In this document: positions 9,954-18,651 of the stretch, one piece after another
Layout of the letters: the number at the start of each line of letters is the position of its first letter
Position numbering within the stretch: position 1 is the stretch's first letter
NCBI GenBank assembly: GCA_043771735.1
Contig: JAYVGW010000041.1
Span: 1 to 42,769, forward strand
Direction of reading: 5' to 3'
Length of the DNA: 42,769 nt
Origin: Methyloglobulus sp.
Lineage (GTDB): Bacteria; Pseudomonadota; Gammaproteobacteria; Methylococcales; Methylomonadaceae
The notes under the pieces: model-generated
Databases searched by the model: none
Told to the model about the DNA's origin: nothing
Seen by the model: the letters and a program-made list of their open reading frames with translations, nothing else
Translations under genes and position numbers: made by a program

Positions 9954-11408
9954 CTAAAGCAGCACCACATCATACTGTTCTTGATTGTATTCAGCTTCCG
10001 CCCTGAACTTGATTTGCACACCTAGGAATGTCTCCAATTCAGCCAGCATATCCGCCTCTTCATCGAGCAACATTTCCACGACGCTGTTGGATGCCAACAC
10101 CAGCAATTTCTGTACCTTATATTGCCTGACCTCGCGGATGATTTCACGAAATATCTCCAGGCACATCGACCCCGAGGTCTTTAACACACCACGTCCGCCA
10201 CAAGCACTGCAAGGCTCACACAAGATATGCTCCAAGCTTTCCCGCGTCCGCTTGCGGGTCATTTCGACTAAGCCTAATATGGACACTTCGGTGATTTTGG
10301 TCTTCGCACGGTCTTTTTCCAGGCAGCGTTCCAAGGCTTGCAGCACTTGTTTTTTATGGTCATCGCTTTGCATATCGATAAAATCGATGATGATAATGCC
10401 GCCCAGGTTTCTCAGCCTAAGTTGCCGTGAAATGGTTTGCGCCGCCTCCAGGTTGGTCTTGAAGATGGTTTCCTCCAGGTTTTTGCCACCCACGTAACCG
10501 CCGGTATTGACATCGACAGTGGTCATTGATTCGGTTTGGTCAAACACCAAATGTCCACCTGATTTCAGGCTGACCTTGCGCTCCAAGGCCTTCTGGATTT
10601 CATCTTCCACGCTATAAATGTCGAACAAGGGCGAATCGCCCGTGTAATGTTCGACGACTGGTACGATTTCCGGGACGAATATTTCCGCAAATTCAACCAA
10701 GCGGTGATAAGTCTCCCTGGAATCCACCCTGACACGCTCTATGCCTTCCTTGTATAAGTCCCTTAGGGTGCGCACGCTTAACGGTAAGTCTTGATGGATG
10801 AACTCCTTGGCTTTTGCCACGACAATCTTGGCAGATATGGACTCCCAAAGCTTTAACAAAAACGTCATGTCAGCAATCAAAACCACCTCTTCGACACATT
10901 CTGCTGCCGTCCTGGCAATGAAGCCGCCGCACTTGTGTTCTTTTCTAAAAGCTTCAAGACAGGTTTTTAACCTGGCACGCTCTTCTTCACATTCTATCCG
11001 CTGCGAAACCCCGGAATTACCGGCATAAGGCATGTACACCTGAAACCGGGAAGGAATTGAAAGCTCCGTGGTAATCCTTGGCCCTTTAGTGCCTAAAGGG
11101 TCTTTGACGACTTGGACAACGATATGCTGCCCTTCATGCAAATAAGCTTCGATATTTTCGGAGCCTTTTTTTTCCAAATCCTTGGCACATAAATCAGAAA
11201 GATGCAGGAATGCCGCCCGATCCAGCCCAATATCGACAAATGCGGCCTGCATACCCGGAAGTACGCGGCACACTTGACCTTTATAAATATTGCCCACCAT
11301 TCCCCGACTACGGCTACGCTCTATGATAAGTTCCTGCAAAACCCCGTTTTCAATGACGGCCACGCGGGTCTCTGGCGGTGTGACGTTAATCAAAATTTCT
11401 TCACTCAT
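9954..11408 (-). CDS. rng: ribonuclease G
   Basis: MSEEILINVTPPETRVA, GMQAAFVDIG, DQTESMTTVDVNTG, LRNLGGIIIIDFIDM. Confidence 0.96.
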   Translation of the reverse strand: MSEEILINVTPPETRVAVIENGVLQELIIERSRSRGMVGNIYKGQVCRVLPGMQAAFVDIGLDRAAFLHLSDLCAKDLEKKGSENIEAYLHEGQHIVVQVVKDPLGTKGPRITTELSIPSRFQVYMPYAGNSGVSQRIECEEERARLKTCLEAFRKEHKCGGFIARTAAECVEEVVLIADMTFLLKLWESISAKIVVAKAKEFIHQDLPLSVRTLRDLYKEGIERVRVDSRETYHRLVEFAEIFVPEIVPVVEHYTGDSPLFDIYSVEDEIQKALERKVSLKSGGHLVFDQTESMTTVDVNTGGYVGGKNLEETIFKTNLEAAQTISRQLRLRNLGGIIIIDFIDMQSDDHKKQVLQALERCLEKDRAKTKITEVSILGLVEMTRKRTRESLEHILCEPCSACGGRGVLKTSGSMCLEIFREIIREVRQYKVQKLLVLASNSVVEMLLDEEADMLAELETFLGVQIKFRAEAEYNQEQYDVVLL

Positions 11409-11979
11409 AAAACAAATGGATTCCTTGTTTTGCCAAAAGTTCTGCGGTTTCAAATAATGGCAATCCCACCACCCCGGAAAAACTGCCTTTAATCGACTCT
11501 ACAAATACGCCGCCTAATCCTTGTATTGCATAACACCCTGCTTTATCCGCTGGTTCCCCAGTGCGCCAATAAGCTTCTATTTCGTGTTTTGCCAGTTTTC
11601 TGAAAGTCACCTCAGTAATACTGACCGCTTGCCAGTGCTGCTTGCCGCGTAGCGAGACAGCAGTATAAACCTGATGAGTCCGTCCCGATAATCGGGTTAG
11701 CATGGCTATCCCGTCCTCCTGGTTTTTGGGCTTGCCCATAATCCAATCGTCTATAACGACTGCGGTATCAGCCGCCAGAACCGGCAAACGTGTCTCTAGT
11801 GTAGCCGCACATAGCGCCGATTTTTCAGCCGCTAATCGTTGCACATACGCCAATGGTTTTTCATCGGGCAAAGGTGTTTCATCAAGGTCAACCGGATGAA
11901 CGAATGCTGTTACCATAATTTGGGCCAGCAATTCTTCGCGCCGGGGCGAAGCAGAGGCAAGGATTATTTGGGGCGACAT
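11401..11979 (-). CDS. maf: Maf (YhdE-type) dTTP/UTP pyrophosphatase
   Basis: IILASASPRREELL, LAADTAV, DKAGCYAIQG. Confidence 0.95.
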   Translation of the reverse strand: MSPQIILASASPRREELLAQIMVTAFVHPVDLDETPLPDEKPLAYVQRLAAEKSALCAATLETRLPVLAADTAVVIDDWIMGKPKNQEDGIAMLTRLSGRTHQVYTAVSLRGKQHWQAVSITEVTFRKLAKHEIEAYWRTGEPADKAGCYAIQGLGGVFVESIKGSFSGVVGLPLFETAELLAKQGIHLFYE

Positions 11980-12446
11980 TAGCGATGGTAAGGGTGGTTA
12001 TGAAGGATGCTCCAGGCACGGTAAAGTTGCTCGGCGACAATAATACGTACCAGCGGGTGCGGAAAAGTCAGCGCAGATAAGCTCCAAAACTCCCCTGCCC
12101 TGGACTTGACCGAGTCCGCCAAACCGTCCGGCCCACCGATCAACAAGGCGATATTTTTTCCGCTTTCTAGCCATCGGTTCAGTGCTAGCGCCAGTTCCGG
12201 TGTAGTCCACGATTTTCCTGACAAGTCCAGGGCTACGATATGCGATCCAACTGGAATCGCCATATTCACCCGTTCCCCTTCATCCCTTATTATCCTTGGT
12301 ACGTCGCAGTTTTTGCCCCGTAGCCCTGGCGGAATCTCCCTAAGCGACAGCTCGCATTCGCGTGGCAGACGTTTAGCATAATCATCGTACCCCGTCTTTA
12401 CCCAACCCGGCATACGATTACCTACAGAAATCAGATGTATTTGCAT
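11979..12446 (-). CDS. rlmH: 23S rRNA pseudouridine-1915 N3-methyltransferase
   Basis: LLIGGPDGL, SLSALTFPHPLVR, EQLYRAWSILHNHPYHR; start at MQIHLISVG. Confidence 0.96.
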   Translation of the reverse strand: MQIHLISVGNRMPGWVKTGYDDYAKRLPRECELSLREIPPGLRGKNCDVPRIIRDEGERVNMAIPVGSHIVALDLSGKSWTTPELALALNRWLESGKNIALLIGGPDGLADSVKSRAGEFWSLSALTFPHPLVRIIVAEQLYRAWSILHNHPYHR

Positions 12447-12635
12447 GAGGGGCAGGATACAGCCAACAACCTTCTGATGCAATCTGGAGGGAATACAAAT
12501 GGGATTCCGTTGATTTTTATTGATGGTTGTTTCACGAGCAAATCTGAAATTCACTGGCGAAGATATACTGTAAGATACACGAGAGTATAAGCCAATCTAA
12601 CCAACCCACAATGGACAGGACATATTTCCACAGTT

Positions 12636-14381
12636 ATGTATTCCCAAGGCGTAAAAAAAACGATTGTTGTCCGGTCAGTCGATAAAATCACATGGTCACA
12701 AGGCGACATTCATCCCTTATTACAACGCATATTTTTAGCCAGGGGGATTAATTCCACAACTGATCTGGATAGGGCTTTAGATAAGCTGCCATCGCCGTGG
12801 TTGTTGTCTGGCATGGAAAATATGGTCGCACAATTAATAACCGCCATTAAAGACCAGCAAAAAATAACCATCGTCGCTGACTTTGATGCCGATGGTGCGA
12901 CCAGTTGCGCCGTCGCTATTAAAGGCTTGCAATTATTGGGGGCGGGGGAAGTCACGTTTGTCGTCCCCAACCGTTTTGAATACGGCTATGGCCTGACACC
13001 GGAAATTGTTGAATTAGTCAAACTGGATAAGCCGGATGTCATCATTACTGTCGATAATGGCATATCCAGCGTTGACGGCGTTAAAGCAGCGCAGGATGCA
13101 GGCATAAAAGTCCTGGTGACCGACCATCATCTGCCAGGACTTGAACTACCTTCCGCCGATGCTATCGTCAACCCAAACCTGCTTGATGACGCTTTCCCCA
13201 GCAAGTCCTTAGCTGGCGTAGGCGTAATGTTTTATGTATTGCTGGCATTACGAAGCAGGTTGCGGGAACAAGGCTGGTTTGATCAGCAAAAAATACCGGA
13301 ACCCAATTTGGCACAATTGCTGGATTATGTCGCCTTGGGTACGGTTGCTGATGTCGTGGCTTTAGACAAGGTTAATCGCATATTGGTATATCAAGGTCTG
13401 ATGCGAATACGTACAGGGCGTTGCCATTCAGGGCTGCAAGCGCTAATCGAAATATCTGGCAGAAATCCACTTACACTCGTTGCCGCCGATTTGGGCTTTG
13501 CCCTTGGGCCAAGGCTGAATGCAGCGGGACGTATGGATGACATGTCTTTGGGTATCCAATGTTTGTTGACGGAAGACCCCGCACTCGCAAAAACCATCGC
13601 GCTGCAACTGGATGACCTGAATAATGACCGCAAAGACATCGAAGGGCAAATGAAGCAGGAAGCCCTGTCATTATTGGGCAGAATGAAAGCGTTGGACGGA
13701 CAGCATTTGCCTGCGGGTGTGTGCCTGTTTGATGAAAACTGGCACCAGGGTGTCATCGGCATTTTGGCATCGCGCATCAAAGACCAGTTGCATCGTCCCG
13801 TTATTGCATTTGCACCCGCCGGAAAAGACTTGATTAAAGGTTCGGCACGGTCAATTCCAGGCGTACATATCCGCGATGCCTTAAGTGATATAGCCGCTAT
13901 CCATCCGAAATTATTGAACAAGTTTGGTGGCCATGCGATGGCGGCGGGATTGAGCATTAACATGCACGATTATCCCGCTTTCGCGCTAGCTTTTGATGAG
14001 GTGATCAGGAAACGCTTGTCAAATGTCGATCTGGAACAGAAAATCTGGTCGGATGGCGAGTTGGAGGAACAGGATATGACGATTGAACTTGCCGAGTTAT
14101 TACAAACCGCCGCCACTTGGGGGCAAGAATTTCCTGAACCTGTTTTCCACGGTACTTTTGATATTATCCAAGCCCGTATCGTCGGACAACAGCATCTAAA
14201 ATTAGTCATGCGGAAACCTAATGGCAACCTTTTACTCGATGGCATCGCTTTTTTTGTCGATAAGCCCGAACAATGGCTAGGTTTGAGGGTTTGTAATGCC
14301 GCCTATAAGTTGGATGTCAATGAATTCAGGGGGCAGCGCAGCGTGCAATTGCTGGTGCAATATCTAGAAAAATTAAAATAA
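12636..14381 (+). CDS. recJ: single-stranded DNA exonuclease RecJ
   Basis: DFDADGATS, ITVDNGI, TDHH, GPRLNAAGR, GGHAMAAG. Confidence 0.97.
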   Translation: MYSQGVKKTIVVRSVDKITWSQGDIHPLLQRIFLARGINSTTDLDRALDKLPSPWLLSGMENMVAQLITAIKDQQKITIVADFDADGATSCAVAIKGLQLLGAGEVTFVVPNRFEYGYGLTPEIVELVKLDKPDVIITVDNGISSVDGVKAAQDAGIKVLVTDHHLPGLELPSADAIVNPNLLDDAFPSKSLAGVGVMFYVLLALRSRLREQGWFDQQKIPEPNLAQLLDYVALGTVADVVALDKVNRILVYQGLMRIRTGRCHSGLQALIEISGRNPLTLVAADLGFALGPRLNAAGRMDDMSLGIQCLLTEDPALAKTIALQLDDLNNDRKDIEGQMKQEALSLLGRMKALDGQHLPAGVCLFDENWHQGVIGILASRIKDQLHRPVIAFAPAGKDLIKGSARSIPGVHIRDALSDIAAIHPKLLNKFGGHAMAAGLSINMHDYPAFALAFDEVIRKRLSNVDLEQKIWSDGELEEQDMTIELAELLQTAATWGQEFPEPVFHGTFDIIQARIVGQQHLKLVMRKPNGNLLLDGIAFFVDKPEQWLGLRVCNAAYKLDVNEFRGQRSVQLLVQYLEKLK

Positions 14382-14456
14382 TCTTTGTTATTGCAGGGAT
14401 GCTGTTATGTTTGACCTATAGCTCCATTAAAAACCAATCACTTAAGGATGTAATCT

Positions 14457-15365
14457 GTGGATAAATTAACCGGCATGACCGTTTTTGTGCGGGTAGCAAA
14501 AGCGGGAAGTTTTGCAGGCGGCGCACGCGAGTTGGGTATTTCCAGGGCGATGGCGACCAAGCACATTATGCAGCTTGAAGGGACGTTGGGTTCAAGGCTT
14601 TTCAACAGGACGACGCGCAGCCTTAATTTGACTGACGTAGGCGCATCTTATCTGGAGCGCTGCCAGCAAGTGCTGCTGGATATTGAAGAGATGGAAGCCG
14701 CCGTTACGCAATTACAGACCGAACCCAGAGGCGTTTTGAAGATCAGCGCACCGCCTGTTATCGGTGCAACTCACATTACCCGTGCAGTCGTCGAATTCCT
14801 GAAAATTCATGCCGACCTCAAGATTGATATCGTTTTGCAAGGCAGCCCGGGAGATTTGATTGATGAAGGCATAGATGTTGCCATATTCCTGGGCGCTTTG
14901 GACGATACCAGTATGATCGCCAGAAAGTTGGCGACTTCGCCCTTAGTGGTGTGCGCTTCCCCTGACTATCTGGATAAATACGGAATCCCAAAAACGCCGG
15001 AGGATTTGATTGACCATAGCTGCCTCGTCAATTGGGCCATTGCACCAAGGCATAAATGGCAGTTCAGGACAGAAACGGGGTTAAAAATAATTACCGTTTC
15101 TGGGCGAGTACAGTCCAATGCTGCGCACTCAATCCGTATCGCCGCACTTAACGGTTTGGGCTTGGTGATGTTGCCAACCTACATTGTCGGGGGCGATATT
15201 GAAAAGGGAACGTTAAAAGTGGTGCTGGAGAACTACCCTTTACTGCCACTGGACATCCATGCCGTTTATCCCCACAGAAGGTATTTGTCAGCAAAAGTCA
15301 GGGCCTTCCTGGATTTTTTGCAAGTGTGGCTAGAACCCAGGGCGGGTATAGCAGGTACCGAATAA
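14457..15365 (+). CDS. LysR-family transcriptional regulator (CrgA-like)
   Basis: N-terminal HTH GSFAGGARELG...LFNRTTRSL; C-terminal SAKVRAFLDFL. Confidence 0.93.
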   Translation: MDKLTGMTVFVRVAKAGSFAGGARELGISRAMATKHIMQLEGTLGSRLFNRTTRSLNLTDVGASYLERCQQVLLDIEEMEAAVTQLQTEPRGVLKISAPPVIGATHITRAVVEFLKIHADLKIDIVLQGSPGDLIDEGIDVAIFLGALDDTSMIARKLATSPLVVCASPDYLDKYGIPKTPEDLIDHSCLVNWAIAPRHKWQFRTETGLKIITVSGRVQSNAAHSIRIAALNGLGLVMLPTYIVGGDIEKGTLKVVLENYPLLPLDIHAVYPHRRYLSAKVRAFLDFLQVWLEPRAGIAGTE

Positions 15366-15489
15366 GTGAAAACTGAGCGGGTAATTGCTGCGTTTATTAG
15401 GGCTATTGCCGCCGTTAAACCAAAAACAGATGCAACAATCTGCTTATTAAAAAATATCAATTAGTTAGCACTTCTGTAGGACAGAAAAA

Positions 15490-15537
15490 TCCGCTACACC
15501 ACCCTTGACCTAAAATGGGAAAGAGACGGTATCGCGG
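15490..15537. terminator. imperfect hairpin downstream of beta-helix gene copy A
   Basis: ccgctacacc...ggtatcgcgg; homologous to the hairpin at 18568-18608 after copy B. Confidence 0.4.
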
Positions 15538-15581
15538 TTTTACAACTTAAAATATACCTCGTAAAAAACCTAAATAGGATT

Positions 15582-18361
15582 TCAATTGACGGTATTGGGC
15601 GTTATGGTATTGCCGCCTACGAAATCCCTAATATTATCCTTTTTGTGGCCAGAAACCGTGTTGTTGGTAACCGTGTTGCCAGTGGCACCGTCCCACATCT
15701 GGATACCAAGGCTGCTGTCGGAAACGCCACTAGCGCCATTGTCGGTGACCGTATTGCCGGTGACAATATTGCTCAATGACCCAGAGATCAATGATATCCC
15801 AGCCTGGCGGTTGAGTTTGACTATATTGTTGCTTATCCGGTGGCCTGAGGTGCGGGCTATAGCGATGCCGTCGGCATTAGTGCCAATACCGTTGCCTGTC
15901 ACCGTGTTGCCGTTCAAAGTCACCGTATTAATGGACGAGCCAGATGCCGGTGCCGTTAGTTTTATGCCCCAGCCTTTGTTGTTGAGTGCCTGGGAGTTCA
16001 ATATTTGCACATTGCTGACAACATCATTCGCATTAGGCTCTATCTGGATGCCCGATTGCGGAAGAACGCCATTCGAGTTTTTGAAGATAGAGTCCTGCAC
16101 GACCGCGCCATTGGCAGAGACGATAGAAATTCCCTGGCGGCGGTTATTGTCAGCAACAACAGAACAGACCTTGGTGTTCTTGGACGCATTCGCTATATTA
16201 AAACCATCGCCCCACATATCAGTAGCAGTTATGTCTTGAATGACCACATTAGTGGCCCCTATTACAAGGACACCATATCCATATTCACCGGTAGTCCCTT
16301 GGTGCTGTGTGCGTTCACCTTGTAGCTTGCCGCCAATGACGTTGACATTGGAAACATTTTCAATCCTGAGTACGCTGTACTTTCCGCTATCTGTCGGCAT
16401 CGCCCTCAAGATGGCGGCGCTGGTCATTTTTATGGTCATATTGCTCTTGGGAAACAACCCAGTGGATGCGGCATTGATCATGTAAGTGCCGTCAGGAATC
16501 AGGACCGTCCCACCTGTGCCTGCCACTTGGTTGATAGCGGCTTGAATAGCGGCCGTGTCATTAGTGCTGCCATCTCCTTTTGCGCCTTTATCTTTTACGT
16601 TGACAACTAAAGACGAGGTTGGCGCGGGCGCACAACTGGCGACCGTTGGGTTTGAAGTGCCTTGAACCGGGGCACTTGGCGTTGTTGACGGATTGCCTTG
16701 AACCGGGGTACTCGGCGTTACCGTCGGATTGCCTTGAACCGGAGTGCTTGGCGTTACCGTCGGATTCCCTTGAACCGGTACACCTGTGGCGTTTGTCGTG
16801 TTCAAACAGTAGGTATACAGCTTTTTGTTAGTTTTAGGATTGGTGTTATTGGTTGCAGCGAAGCGGATTGACTCTTTGCTACCATTTGGTAAGCTCGAAT
16901 GGCTGAATCTACCTCGACCCACCACACGGATTGCACGATACCCAGCGTGGGCAGGCCCCATTTCCACGCCATCCTCAAATAGCCGGATGGCGGATTGGGT
17001 TTTGAGGTTTTTGTTGTCTGCCTTGCCACCAAATTTGCCGTTGACCTTATAGGCATAACCCCCATCCTTTCGTAACCTGGAAATATCCAGGTTTATTGGG
17101 GTGCAGGAACTGTTAGTGCTTACCGCAGCAGTTTCCATAACCATATTGGTTTTAGCGATGCCCAACGCTTTGCTTGGCGCAGATACCACGGGACGGGAAG
17201 GGGCGATGGTGAAGCTATCAACGACACTGTCTTTGGCACAATTTAAATCATTTTTGCCGCTGCCAGCCGGGCCACAAATAAACGACCCTTCTATGCTATT
17301 GGCAGTGAAACTCAATTTCAATGCGCCATGGTGCATAGTACGGAATGCAGACCAACTTGGTTTTGCGCAGGTTAGCCATAAACAAGTGCCATCTTGCAAT
17401 AAATTTGAACCGCCGATGCCGGCAGTAATATGGACTACGCCATGTTGGGGAAAGCTCCGCTCATAATTAGTGCTGTGCGAGTTGAGGTTCAATACATATT
17501 TACTGTAACGATCCCCCAACGAATTTAAAATCTCTTTCAATGGGGTGGCGCCCTTAAAATGGCCGGACGAATAAGCTGGCCTATGCACCATAGTGACAAT
17601 GAATTTTATGTCCGCATTGGCCTGGGCTTTAGCCATAAGCCTATCTGCTTTGGTTTTCCAGTCCGCCCAAGCGCCCGACCAGGGTTCTGGTAAGGTGATA
17701 AACCGGACATTGCCATAATCAAACCAATACCAGTCTTCACCTCCAGCCAGGGGGCTGCCAGGAGAGGCCTGGGCATTGGGCAAAGCAAAGCGGCCTTTAT
17801 AATTTTTGAAATTATCCTGAGTATTTTTGCGCCAATCTTGGTCTCCCCAGACCGGCATATAGGCCGCTTCTTTAGACCACGCCATGATGTCATTAAAATG
17901 CTGATCGACCGCATCTTTGCCATTAGCGCTACCCAGCGTAAGGTCGCCCAGCCCAACAACAAACGCGGGTTGGCCATTGGCGATAAGGTCTTGGACTACC
18001 CCTGTGTTGAAAGAATGAGATGTATCACCGATATCACCCTGTGCGTAAACGGTAAAGCCGGAGCTGCCTAAAGCAGGCGCAGTATGGAAGGTGCGCTCTG
18101 GGCTATTGCCGATAGAATAATAATAGAGGGAATTTTCTTTTAACCCTGTGAGTTTGGCACAGGGTTTGGGGTGACCGCTTTTACTTGGGTATAAGCTCCC
18201 GGTGAAAGGCCAAAACCAATTGTGTTTTCTGTAGCAGTTCCCCGCCAGTCGAATGTTACGGACGTTTGACCGGTAATAGAGTAGTGGATCTCATCGGCAG
18301 CAAATGCCATATTGGTGGCCATAAAAGCTAGGCCTAGGGTGATAAAACGAAGATTTTTCAT
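15582..18361 (-). pseudogene. frameshifted secreted protein, copy A: PAP-like phosphoesterase domain + unknown Cys-bounded domain + Pro/Thr repeats + right-handed beta-helix
   Basis: 5' part from MKNLRFITLG at 18361 matches the copy B N-terminus and stops at 18140. A second frame is open from ~18158 (AKLTGLKENSLYYYSIG...GDIG...GDL) through 15582. 31 bp are missing relative to copy B; the restored ORF would be ~936 aa. Confidence 0.85.
16660..16778 (-). repeat. 36-bp tandem repeat (about 3.3 units) encoding a PVQGNPTVTPST linker
   Basis: ccttgaaccgg recurs at 16660, 16696, 16732 and 16768. Confidence 0.92.
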
Positions 18362-18567
18362 TATTAGATTACCTGGATTATTATAATTTGGGTCGGTAAA
18401 GTAAGCCTGAAGTATTTCATAAGGGATAACATTATTCAAACTCTTATGAAATAAAACAAACAGTTAAGGCGCATACAGCGAAATATAATTTGTAGAAAAG
18501 ACACCGTTCGGGCAATTTTGCACTTCATGACGCTTTTTTTATACCGTGCCTTGCAAAACAGCAAAAT

Positions 18568-18608
18568 CCGCTATACCCCCTCATGCCTAAAAAAGAGGGT
18601 ACAGCGGC
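18568..18608. terminator. hairpin downstream of copy B
   Basis: ccgctataccccctc...gagggtacagcgg with a short T-run on the minus strand. Confidence 0.55.
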
Positions 18609-18651
18609 CAAACAACTTAGGGTATACCTAAATAAACTACTAACTAAGGTT

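Noticed and set aside
16660-16778. 36-bp periodic repeat as a CRISPR array
   Set aside because: No unique spacers; it is an in-frame coding Pro/Thr linker and no cas genes are present
17606-17977. 123-aa minus-strand ORF as the missing piece of copy A
   Set aside because: Wrong frame; the true continuation is in the frame of 15582-17885 and is open upstream without a start codon
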